Below the pieces are notes generated by a model. That model searched no databases. It had not been told where the DNA came from and worked only from the letters and a program-made list of their open reading frames with translations. A stretch of 64,000 nucleotides of DNA from Kondoa subrosea (Eukaryota): contig BCIN01000001.1 in NCBI GenBank assembly GCA_039545335.1, positions 1,286,604 to 1,350,603 on the forward strand, read 5' to 3'. The number at the start of each line of letters is the position of its first letter. Position 1 is the first letter of the stretch. Both the position numbers and the translations under genes were made by a program. Below, piece after piece: positions 36,902 through 49,000 of this stretch.

Positions 36902-38858
36902 ATGGAATTCTATACTCGATCAGCAGTAATACTGGACCAGCTCGAAGCGCAAAAGGGTAGCTTGAAGGGATTGGCCAGTAAAGCAGGGAAAGCGAATTCA
37001 AGAGATGACACAAAAAGATTGTTGGCATGTTTGATCGAGACTTTGAAATGCGAGCTGCTTCCTCATTGGCAGTCGGTGATGATGCTGAATATGCCTGATT
37101 AGACAAGGCCGTCCTGCTGGATCTAATTCTTCGCATCAATTTGGTCAAGGAAGAAACACCGCTGCTTGCAAAACTCTGTCAACCTGCTGTGGAACCCAGC
37201 AAGACTGATGCGAAAGGCAAGGGAACAGCCGATAAGAAGAAGTCGTGGAAGTCTACCCAATTACCTACCATTGTTTCTTTACTTCTTGTTCTAGTACATG
37301 ACCTTCTTTTCTCAAAACGAGGGATATCGTTACCCAAAGAACATAAGATTTACAAGAGTCTCTTGAGGCATCTAACGAGGTAAAGTTTTCTGCTTCTTCT
37401 TCCGAAATTAAAGCTAAAATCTTGAAAGACTCAAAGCTGAGAAAGAGCGAATCAAGATCAAGAATGGTTATACCAAAGATGAAGAGCTACAAACTCAATT
37501 GCAACTGGATCAATCAAATCATGGTACTGGAGAAGGCGAAGAAGGTTCTCTAGCTACCCGAGTTCGTTGGATGCGAGTAAACGAGATCAAATGGTCTGTG
37601 GAAGAAGCTGTTGCTTGGCTAGAAGAGCAGGGTTATACTCAAGTCACGTCTGAACAAGTTTTGTCAGCTTCACTGTAAGCTCGTTATCAACTTTCGCTTC
37701 TCCAGCGATAGCGTGATAACCTTGCTTACAGATCCACCGTCTTCGCTCTCGACGCACACATACCTTCCCTGATACTCTTTCCAAAACAACTACTTCTCAA
37801 GGGTTTCGCTCCATTCGAAGATGGTAGAATGATAGCTCAAGATAAGGCTTCTTGCTTTCCTGCATTCGTTCTGCTTGGGTCTGCAACAGAAGAAGAAATT
37901 GGTCAAGTAATAGATGCTGTGAGTCGGACGCCTGACTCTGCCGAACGGGGCTTAGTAGACTGTTTGCTTCACAGACAGCTGCTCCCGGTAACAAGACAAC
38001 GCATCTCGCTTCCCTACGCAAGACTGGTACAGTGAGTCTAGTGCTCATGCAAATCGTATAAGCTGATGCATTCCTAGATCACTGCATATGAACGAGATGC
38101 TACGAGATTCAGAACATTACAAAAGATGGTCTCGTCAGCAGGCTGCAAGAGTCAGCTTCTCTCTTTCTTCGCTGCGATCAATCACTAAGTATTATTATAG
38201 ACGTCAAAACAATCAAAGGCGACTTCTTATCTACCTCAGTCGAGGATGAAGCACATTCAGACGTTACACACATCTTACTAGACCCATCTTGCTGTAAGTC
38301 CTCTCTCTCTGCTATCTATGCTTACAATTTGATACTGAGGACGACTTTGATAGCCGGTTCTGGTACAATTCTCGATCGATTAGATCACCTCTCAGCACCG
38401 GGCGTGAAAGATCAAAAACGAGTCAATTCTTTAGCAGAATTTCAACTTACTATTCTCTCGCACGCTATGCGGTTTCCATCAGTAAAGAAAGTCGTCTACT
38501 CTACTTGTTCAATTCATGCGGAAGAAAATGAACACGTCGTTGAAAGAGCTTTGAGCAAACCGGAATTCAAGGATGAGTGGAAGTTGGCACCAAGGGAGAA
38601 AGTGATCCCTTCTTGGCCTATCAGAGGATTACCAGAGGCTTTCAGTGATCCGAGTGAGTACTCTCTATCGAAAATGTGTGTGACGGACAGCTCATCCTGT
38701 GACATGAAGCAATGGCGGAGAGTGTGATCCGATGTGAACCAGGCCTAACGCATGGTTTCTTCGTCGCTTGTCTAGTCAGAGATGTGCCAGCGGAAGGTGA
38801 GGAAGAGATCTGGTCGTTTGGAGGGGAAGTTACACGTATACCTATAAACAAAGCATGA
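36902..38858 (+). CDS. RCM1: 25S rRNA cytosine-C5 methyltransferase (NSUN5/Rcm1)
   Basis: MEFY...KGSLKGL, ETLKY, RWMRVN, QDKASCFPA, DA.AAPGNKT, LLDPSC.GSG, VVYSTCSIHAEENEHVV, GFFVA. Confidence 0.93.
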
Positions 38859-38874
38859 AGATTTATTACACATA

Positions 38875-40258
38875 CTACAGCTTTGACAACCTCGAAGGCG
38901 CTTCGCCAAGCTGTCGATCAGGTTGATATTCGCGCTTCGGAACAATGTAGTGATGTACGTCGAGCTGAAGATTGGCAATAGCTTCTTTGTACATCTCTTG
39001 CTTTATCAGACCCATGCACTATAAGCACATCCAATCAATTAGAGGACGACACGCTTTAAGAGAGAACAAGACTTACTCCCGCTTTAGCAAACGGTCCAAC
39101 TCTAGCTGCTGTCTTTCTCGCTTTGCTCAGGACTCCATCACCAGTCGAACCAAGTTCATTGACCAATTCTGCTTGCAAAGCTTCTTCACCTTGAAATCGA
39201 TGACCTTCAACGCAGATCTTATGGAAAACTCGATGAGAAGATTTTGCTCGCGCTACTGCGCACATCCCACTGTAACCTCATCTTCGTCAATAGATAGTAG
39301 TAGTTGGAGTAATATCGCTTACGCAGGCAGAGGTGCACCAAAATGGACCTGTCATATCCTTTAATTACAGATGATTTTGATAGCGAAATAGATAAACGCA
39401 CCTCATTAAGACAAAGCATCGCTTTCCCTCCTTTTCCTTCTGCGTTCTTGAGGATTCGATAATCATGAGCCAAAGCCAAAGTGAAACCGCCAGCGAAAGC
39501 GTGCTGCGGCGGCGGATTGATAAATACAAAGATGATTTAGCAAGAACACATATCTTACACCATTGATCGCTGCGATAGTAGGTATAGGGAAAGTCAAGAA
39601 GCGTTCGAGCATGTGATGGAAGGAGTAGCGAAACCATCCTCTGTAAGCGACCAGACTTAACGCTAGCTTTCGACGAGCAGTGCAAAGTAGGTCCTCACTT
39701 GAGGTTAGATGGTCCATCATCCAAATTCAGACCTATATCCTGCAAGTAAGTATAAGTCAGAATCTTGGCGCAAGACATACCATTAGAATAGAATCGATCT
39801 ACAAAGTCATCAGCCTGCGTCCAACAATCGTGCGAAGGAGACTGACGTGTATCTATTGCTCCACAAGTGATCAAAGCAGCTTGTCCAGATCCAGGACCGC
39901 CTGTGTGACCGCAAATCATCTCATGCACAAACTTGCAAAGACGGGTATTCGAAGCACACCTTCTAACTCTCCAGCTCGATCAGCTCTCCAAGCTCGTTCA
40001 ATATCGTTCAGAGCAGGCAAAATCTACAATTTCCGCCGGGTATCAGCTCGCCCGTTTCTGAAACCTGCGACAGTACGAACGCACAGCAGTATCGACCATT
40101 GCAGGAGTCAAACGATTATCAGGCCTGTTGTGTAGCTCCAATTGCCATAACACAGTCTGTCCATCTTGAGCTAGAGTATGAGTCAAGGTAGCTAGAGCTG
40201 ATGAAGCATCTTTTGCTGAAGCGGGGTAAAGCAACGGAGTAGGGAATTTAGGATGCAT
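38875..40258 (-). CDS. Enoyl-CoA hydratase/isomerase family protein, peroxisomal (PTS1)
   Basis: PDNRLT, FYSNGLNL, TFPIPTIAAINGHAFAGGFTLALAHDYR, LCLNE, EGHRF...EAL...LV; C-terminus ...PSRLSKL*. Confidence 0.9.
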
Positions 40259-40458
40259 GCTGAACACTGTGAGGTTGAGCGATACGTTCTCAGCTGCGAT
40301 CGCGCGAAAGACAGTGTGCAGCTTTGAGAGTTGGTTTGAGAAAAGTAGTTATGAAATAATCATTCACATGTCGACAGCGAGTAGGAGAGGTCAAACTAAA
40401 GCGCCCAAGCATGGTCAACACAGCATTAGAAGATAGTATTACATATATACGCATATCA

Positions 40459-41406
40459 TCACAAAGAGGTAGTTGCACTAGAAGGCTGTAAAGACTGATC
40501 CACTTCCATCGCTTCAATCTTCTCGTTGTCGCCCGTTTGCAAATGTGATCCAGCTCCCGCTTGTTCGACAACAACCTCTTCTGGTTTATTGCTATATATC
40601 CTGATAAGGTTAAGTCGTGGTAAGAAGGAAGGATCTCCGTTTGTCTTGTCTGACCAATGCCGTAGATTCAGTACAGAAGTTCGGTCCATAAGATTAGGCA
40701 TCACTGTACGTACACCAGTGCGTCAAGAGGCAGACTACTGCCAAATGAAGCCTAGTCACGCACTGAATCCTCCTTGACCATCATATTCGCCCTGCTCTCT
40801 CGCTCGTTGAATTTCCAACATCTCCTGTTTCTTGCTCTTCGGTCTACCCGCTCTCCGTAAATCTGCTTCTTCTTGTATCGCAGCATCGTGCCTTGAAATA
40901 TAGTCCAACGCAATTTGATGTAAATCGCTATGTTGCGTGAAATGCGTTACTTCAGGATCCAAAGCGAAACAGAACCATAATAGACCTGTACGTCGTCCAT
41001 GCCGCATAAATACCAGTATGGTATTAGGATGAATATACGAGGAACGCACGATCAACTTTATTGCTCATTGTCTGAGTTCGAGTTTTCCTCTGCTTGGCTA
41101 ATTTCTCTTCCCTTAAGTGAACTCGATCTAATTGAAGTTTTCGACGACTGTGCGGATGCACTGACCTGAAAGAAAGTGGTTCTGTTAGTTTCTGTACTGT
41201 TCAGCTTGAGTGAAAGAGGAGAAAGGGGGACTGACTTGCCCATGCGACCTTGTAGCGCCTTGGGCGTCTGATTGATGATTACTGCATTAGATAGGGCCCA
41301 GTATGTAGATTTCTGAATGAAGCTCACTTTTACTCTCTGCATAAAAAAATGGTTTTCATGAATAATGCACAATCGGAAAGGCTTAGCGACTCACGTTGTT
41401 AGGCAT
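40459..41406 (-). CDS. TMA16: Translation machinery-associated protein 16
   Basis: Spliced MPNNRVK...VHPHSRRKLQLDRVHLREEKL, RLLWF, YISRHD, RRAGRPKS, EQGEY..GFMMPNL. Confidence 0.85.
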
Positions 41407-41596
41407 ATCTGCTAATTGTCGCCCTGTCTCCGGGGGAATCAAGCTAGATCTGGGTATGCGAGAACTTGGTTTGCGAACAACAGCGATTCTCACAACTTGA
41501 TAAGGGAGTCTCGCGAATGAACAAGGGAAAGCACAAAGATTCATAGGATAGTCATACATTTCATACTTGTGCTGCATAAACCCATACATACAACGC

Positions 41597-42330
41597 TTAA
41601 CCGTCCATCTTTGAGTGGTCGTGAGCCTACGGCCCCAAGATCAGTAAAGCACGCCTGTTAACGATCAGACATCATACCTTGTAGTCTTTGCCGGCCTGCG
41701 AATATCCGTCAGGCTAGGTATGAGCATGACCGGGAAAAAACTCACTTCATATGCATCAGAGTTGGCAATCTGCTCGTTTGTCCTTCCTGCACCAGGTGCA
41801 ACAACACCCATAGCCTGTAGAGTCACAGGTCGTTGAAATGGCAAATAGCCAATCATAGCGCGATGACCTACCTTCTGTGCCATACCAGGCATCTTTGAAT
41901 CGCTTCCTGCACGTGCCATTCGCAATTTAAGCGAAATTCGCATATTGAAGCGATGTGAACGTACCCTTAGCCTTCTCGCTTTCGAGAATACCGTTGTCGT
42001 CGTTCACTCGGTCACTGTAAGTTGGTTATCATGAAAGATCAAAGCGATCAATTAGCGAAGCAGCTTACGACTTCTCGCCTACAATTTGAGAATCAGGCTG
42101 CGTGCAAAGAGTTCAAGTGAGAGTGGAGCGCACCTGAGTGAGAACCATGAGGTCTAGCGAGATCTGATTTGTCCTATTGTGGGTTGAATCAGCATATAGC
42201 ACTTAACACGCGAGATCACTGTGCTTACCTTTGGGGCATCAAAACCCCCATGCGAGCCCTGAACCTGTTTATCAGACAGGAACACTATGAGGAGTGCTAA
42301 GAGACCTACGTCGTGTTTGTTTAAAGACAT
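41597..42330 (-). CDS. Small hydrophilic Gly-rich protein (about 102 aa, 9 exons), hydrophilin-like
   Basis: Eight consecutive GT-AG introns splice into one open frame MSLNKHDVQGSHGGFDAPK...AHDHSKMDG*. Confidence 0.75.
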
Positions 42331-42540
42331 ATTGGTCTAATGTGGTTTGAGAAAGAGAGAGCAATGCGAATTCAAAGCGAGTCGCGAACTGCTTAATGAC
42401 GTCGGGAACGAATTAAGGAAGATCACTTCTTATCACGGCACAGTACGTGAATCAATGCCATGCTCTTACAGTAGTCATACATACATGCGAAACGATGTGT
42501 ACATACAGATAAAACCACCGCGAACCCAAAAATCTAAGAT

Positions 42541-45500
42541 TTACATCTCTGAAAGCATCTCTTCAACATGTTTCTGTCGCAGAGCATTGACGTCTTTTGG
42601 ACGAAGAGTGAGTTTAAGGTCTTCGCATGCGATCTACATAGACCCATCAGCCAAGGTTTGTGAAGGATGAAGTGAATTTACTTTGATCAATTGATCTGCT
42701 TGATGAAGGTTGCTAGTCATTCCACGCAAGAAGACGTAGAGATCACCAGCTGAATCATATTCCATGATCTCTGCTGTGTTCATCTTGAGAATAGCAATTG
42801 TGACGCGGAAGAGAACGATAGTTCCTTCTGCAAAGAAAACGTCCAGAACACGCAACAAAGTCTACGAACGTTACTTGTCAGTGACTACCGCATTCTACGA
42901 GACCATATACTCACTCGAATAGGGAGAGGTAGAGAGAACAAAGAGAGAAACCAGCCAAAGGTAACAGCTTCAAGCTCGACTCCAAGATCTTCGAAATGGG
43001 CATGCATCTTCGGTAGGAGTTTGGCGACCAGATCTTTGAGCACCCTTTGATCCGCCCTGGAGACTAGAAGCGTGCTGGTATAGTATTCGCTAGGCAAGAT
43101 GCGCTATAACACTGTCAGCCAAGCCTTGTAACATTTATGACGAGTACACCTACTTCAATGATACAGCACAAAACCCAGAAAGCATCTTCTTCTGTCGGTA
43201 GAGTCAAGAGCAGAGTACCAGCCACTAGGTTCATGCCTTGACAATAGCCAACTTCGGGATTGTGCCTAATTCAAGATCATGAGTCCAGCTGTCAGTAAGT
43301 CCAAGAAGCGACTGGCCATGAGTAAGCAATTAACACTCTCCGAAGCTTGTTTACACCTGGTCCGTCACCACCGAAGAAAATATTGCTGCCAAAAGTGCGA
43401 CCAACATCGGCATCTATCACAGTATAAGTCAGCTCCAAGAATCACGCATAGGGTCTGACACTCACTGATCTGCTTGATACACAAACTCTTGCCTCCTTCA
43501 TCTCGATTTCGAAGCAAAGTAGAATAGTAGCCAGGTTCTCGACATTCAGTGGCACCACAGAGTTCTGACCAAAGTGGTGGCCTTAGATTGATAGGTATTC
43601 CAGATCGAACGAGCTGCTTGAGTTCCTTCCAAGCGTCCTTTTCAACTTTACCTCCGTGACCCATTTGAGCTACACCTATCAAGTTTTCTGACCAACTTGA
43701 TTCCGTTGCATGTAAAGCATCATGTTCGGCTAAATCTGCGCTACCTTGATTAGCTAGACTAGCTGCCGCATTGCTTAAAGCTCGATCTTTGCGGGTAGTG
43801 AAAGGTGCGTCTGTAGCATGAGATGATTTAGCTCTCCGTTTCTTGAGGAATTGATCCCATGCCATTTGTTGGACTTTCTCTTGAGCATTGTTCATATCAT
43901 TCAATTGAGCTAAGAGTCGTTTAACGCTTTGTCCACCATCTGTTGGTTCCGCTTGAGTAACGGTTGAAGGGTTCGTTCCATTAGCCGCTTGATCGAGTTG
44001 ACGTTGTCTCAATTCCCTCAAAACTTTCATTCCATTCTTTTCGTGCATAAAGCCATATCGATCCACTAATTCTTCCATGCCTTGTAATTGCTCAGCAGCG
44101 CCGAAAGTAGGTGGTTTGGCTTCATGACTGGGCAAGATCGTGTCAAGCTCGACGGAGCTGGGAGCAGCGATATGTACAGGAGTGGAGTGATTGAGGGATG
44201 GGGGAGGAACAGGTCGACTCGCAACTGGTTGAGAAAGAGCGGCTTGAAAGACTGAGTTTTGTCGGGTAAGACCAAGAGTAGGTAGAGTGACTGTAGGTTC
44301 TGTTGGTCGATTGCCGTTCGTTTTGGTGAGACTAGGCGATCTCTTCTCAATAGGATTTGATCGAGTATAGCTGCTTGAATGATTTAGTCCAACAGCTTTG
44401 TTCAGAGGCCCTTTTGCAGGAGATGTAGCATGATGACTACCGGACGATTCGCCAGAAAGGCTGCGCAAAAGATCAGAAGGAGACTGTGGGTCGATACTAA
44501 GAGTTCCCTGTATATCGTTATCCGCTGAAGGAATTTGATGTGAGGCCAGGTCGTTCATCAGGTTGTAGGTCCAATTAGTAATGTTCGCGGAGACGCGATT
44601 AGGATGAGCGAGTACTTGTTTTTGGGCTTCAGTCTTATTTCCGCCTATGATCCACTTGCTAGCTGCCAATGCCAGAGCGGTAAAGTGAGTTGGTTGATTC
44701 TTAGTCTGACTCGTTCCAGAAACGGAAGTGAAGCTGGTAGATTGAGTGTAGCTTGGTCGCGATCTTGCGCTGATACTGCTGCTCCGGGAGGAGTATGTGT
44801 CGACAGTAGGTGATGTCACTCGAGAAGCTGGGTTTGAAAGATCAGGTCGAGCTGTTTCCGGGACTGACAGGACCGGTACATCAATTTGCTTTTTAGAGAT
44901 GAGCGAAGTGATGACATTGATTTTGGAAGAGGATTTAGGTGCAATGAGTGGAACAGAATTGGAAGGCGGAGAAGTATTTTGATCTTCGTTTGAGCGGACG
45001 CTAGGGAGAGTTGGAGCTGTTCCTGCCGTTCTTCGAGAAGAAGCGATCGTATTAAGAGTCGTGGTAGAGTCAGATGATTCGGAAGTATCTTCTCTTCGCG
45101 GAACATTCCAATCGTATGTTGATTCTTGAGCTACTGGAGTAGTACCATCAGGTGCGTCTTGCGAAGGCGCTTCGAGAGATTCAGCTACGATTGTAGCATC
45201 CAATGGCCTCCGATTTTTCTTCTGTTTTCGCCAACCACCAAACATACTAGCAGACCATGACACAGACATATCTTGAGGAGCGAGAGAGTCTGAGTCTGTC
45301 GAGGAAGTCCCACTATCAAAAGAATGTATACTAAGAGATCTGGCCTTGAGTTGATCATCAATCACTCCCGAATTATGAGTAGGAGTGGATGGAAGACTAG
45401 GCTTGAAGGATTCGCGGGCGATCGGTGTTTGAGCAGGAGACGAAAGTATAGAATTGGACAGACCGCCGAAAAGTCGAGCAGTCAGGGATGGTTGGCGACC

Positions 45501-46433
45501 TCGTTTGAGGACTTTACTGTCATCTTCATCCGCAATCACTGATGCAGCAGGGGCCATAGAGTATCCTTTCAACGATCCAACATCCGAAATATCGAATTGT
45601 GAATCAGACATGGCTTCTTGTAAGTCGACATCAATGAGTTTCTGTCAAATGTTAGAGAGATCTTTAGGCCCTTGCGCGTCGAGACTCACTACTTCAGTGG
45701 GTTCCTCTTCTAGATAGCTACTAAGCGTAAGATCATGCCGCGATTCACTCTCTTGGTCCCCTAATCTCAATTCCCATTTCCCTTTCTTCGCCTGAGGCAA
45801 AGAAGATTCCGCTTCAGCTTTTGCTCTGACCAAAGTACGTTCTACACTCTGTTCCGTTAATCCATAATCACGAAGCAAGACACCCAAGCTGGAGATCTGC
45901 GCTAAGCGTAATTGTTCCGTTTGAGTGTTTTGCATTTGGGCCAGAGATAGATCTCGAGATAAAGCAGATACGATAGAAGAGACTAATTCGATTGGTAGAG
46001 AAGATAACAGGTTTGTACTTGAAGATTCTGATTGCTGAGCGAAGTCTGACAATCCGTGCACGAGTTCTTGTGGTTTCATCAAGTGCGGAGCTCTAGGTAG
46101 ACGAAGAGTAGCATGCTCTAGACTGATAGACTCATCCTCTTCTGGACTGAAGAGAGGTATTCGCGCTAGCCGCGGACTTGCTGTGGTTTCATGCTGAACG
46201 TTGCAACCAGGAGTTGACGTTTCTGGCTCTGGCTCTTCGCTACTCAATAGACCATCGATAGATGCAGCAGATCCTGCATTGTTTTGCTTGCCCGGCTTGA
46301 GCGTGCTTGAGAAGTAATCTTTCGCTTCATTCAGATCAACCTCTGGCGATAGCGGATGGGAATGAGAGCTATCCGTGGTATATGACACAGATTGTGGTAA
46401 GACAGCAGGCTCTTCTGCCATTTCCGCGGTCAT
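42541..46433 (-). CDS. TBC-domain Rab GTPase-activating protein with long disordered N-terminus
   Basis: VDRYGF, LKQLVRSGIPINLRPPLW, DVGRTF, GYCQGMNLV, EEDAFW, VTFGWFLSLF, VFFAEG.IVLFRV. Confidence 0.92.
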
Positions 46434-46628
46434 CTTCTCATGATTGCTCGTTGTAGATCAAACGTCACAGAATCGCATTTAGTCTGCCATGAATAACCCC
46501 ATTCATCTGAGCACTGCTCGAAGTATTCCGAGTTCATATACAAAGAAACCATTCGTTCCTCCTTGTTTGTAGACTTCATCATAGTAAGGCCAACCCCAAA
46601 AATACATGTACAGGTGAAAGTTTCTCAT

Positions 46629-48233
46629 CTCTGTTGTGGAATTCAGCTGAACGCGTAAATCAAGAAGAAGTGAGATACTAACAATCGACGATAGCCAGAT
46701 CTCTTTTTCGATTAGGCGCATAGATGTTTTTGTAGTCACTTTGACAAAATCAGCGAGAGGAATTTTGAGCGACACTGTCGAGCTTACTCCCAAATCCTAC
46801 GTGATCATCAGTGAGTGCCAGAGAAATTGAAGAGAGATAGCATACCTTGTCAACTCTTCTATATACATGACTTGATACTGCTCCAACTCTTGCATAGTTG
46901 GTTCAGAACACTTCTGGACGCGTATCGGTCTACCGACTACTGACACAATAGGATGGCGGAAAGGCATCATTCCGATAGTATCTGTGAGTAGTGGCAGTCT
47001 TGAAAACTCGACAATGAGTTCGCGATGGCAGGAACTCACAATTGAAGATGCCTCTGCCAAAGAAGATGGCTTTCGGAGTATTAGCTCCACACGCAAAAGC
47101 GCTTGGTGCAGACACACGTAATGTAAAGCCAAAAGTTGCCTGAAATCGCTTCTGTATCGTCCTCAACTTCGATCTTTTCCTATTTGACAATTGATCGAAG
47201 ATCTGACACAAAGCTAAGCGCTGCAGACAAAATCTGAACCTGAGGAACTGACATCGTTCTCACCGAAGGAAAAGACAGGTACTAGATCTGCTCCTTCTCT
47301 TACGGCAAGCTTGATGAAACCTAGTCGTCTTCTCAGTACTAGATCTGCTGTGCCGGGTCTGGCTGAAAGCGATTCGGCTGCTCCTCCAACAACTATAGTG
47401 ATAGATGATCCCTGTCCTGCATGCGCACTCGGTTCTACACCTAGATCTACGATCAAAGTGAGACGTAAGACATACCTTGAGCCAGCACATTTCGACAAGC
47501 TTGATACGCTACGCTGCAGATACCCAAAGCCATCAAGATTTCTCTGTAGATTGGTATGAAGAAATTGGTGCTACGGCTCTCTTTCAGCTCGGACCTTTGC
47601 TGATGTCCGCAGCGACTAACCTCAGTGTCAAAAGATGTGGTTTGATTCCAGGAAAGAGTTCCGAGAAGCCTGTTGCTGTGGTAGAGCGGCAGTAAGCATC
47701 GAGCCGACGCGAGAGATAAGAAGCTGACCATCTGAAGCGAAGTTGCTCATTGCTCCAACTCCAATAATGCCATGAGGATGTATGCCAAAGACGTATGTTC
47801 GATCAGGAGGTAGATCCGCAGTCTTGACTAGAGAAATGGGAAAGTATCTATTCTTCAATGAGCCTCAATTCAATCCACTTCATGCTAAAATGTAACTCAC
47901 CCAGCGAAGAGTTTCCAAAATCCAGCTTTGCGTAACTTTTCATTCGGACGACCACCGTTATCAGGTGCTTGATCCAGTAAAACAAACCAGAAAATGTAGG
48001 TGAAAGCGATTGGCCAGAACCGAGGAAATGAGCAGAGGTAGAAGAATGCAGCGACTGTAATGCCTAGTGTGGACGCCCAGAGGACAACAACAGCTGTCTG
48101 TCTTCTGCGCTTCGTTGGGACATGCAGAGGAGCGAATCTTACGACGTAGAATCAGCGCGACTTTCATACAATGGTACGCGCTAGATCGGCACCTGATGGC
48201 TAGGCCTGAGGTTGTAGCAGGTGCTTGATTCAT
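46629..48233 (-). CDS. DGA1: Diacylglycerol O-acyltransferase, DGAT2 type
   Basis: RFAPLHVP.KRRRQT, YFPISLVKTADLPPDR, HPHG motif, VVGGAAESL, RRLGFIKLA, LVPVFSFGEND, GRGIFN, VVGRPI. Confidence 0.95.
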
Positions 48234-48369
48234 CTAAGAATCTCGCAGACTGTGGAAGAGCAGCATGCAAGTCGAGGTATTGAAACAAGCTTCATTCGGA
48301 CCTTTGGCTTTCGAAGTGACGCAAATTAGAAGCATGGCCAATCAAAGCGAGACATTGAGCATTAATTTC

Positions 48370-49000
48370 AGAGGATAACAATCTCTATATCCGTCCAAAA
48401 AAAGTGGGATTCTCTTCTTTCGTTATCGTTCACCGACTATATTTGCTATTACCATGTCAGCATGTCATTGGATACAAGCGCAAATAATCCATACCTTGAC
48501 AGTTTCCGTGTGAATGTACGCTTCCATTTTAGACAAAATCTGTAAGGCGAACAAGACTGTTTCAGTCGAAAAGGCACGAAAGCAAAGCATGAATCAGATG
48601 CAAGAGATTCTGGCCTTGCCTATCAGACAGCTATCCGCCAGCAAGCAAATGTATTGCTCAAGCAAGAACATTAACAAAGCAGCTGACAGAGGACCAATCG
48701 AGCGCTTGAACGAAGAATCGCTAAGGCTTTAAAATCCAGTCTAGGGAGTCGCAAAAAGGTCGCAGAGCCAGAAATGACACTCGTCCGACCCAACACCGCC
48801 CGGCTGACCCAGGTCGATTGTGTGGGTCACCAAATCCTTGAACCGAGAACTCATACTGCCCACAAAGAGGACAGTAGAGTCTCCAAGCCCAAGGCAGGCT
48901 GGGTTGACTTGTGTATTTTGGCTCTGGATCAAGGCCAGAGTCTGAAGGAACGCAGCACATAAAAAGAGAAAGGTTTGACTTCGGTATGTAGAGTTCATGG
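48370..49000 (-). CDS. Probable multi-exon hypothetical gene, model unresolved
   Basis: Several donor, branch and acceptor signals plus short open frames on the minus strand; no unique reading frame could be fixed by eye. Confidence 0.25.
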
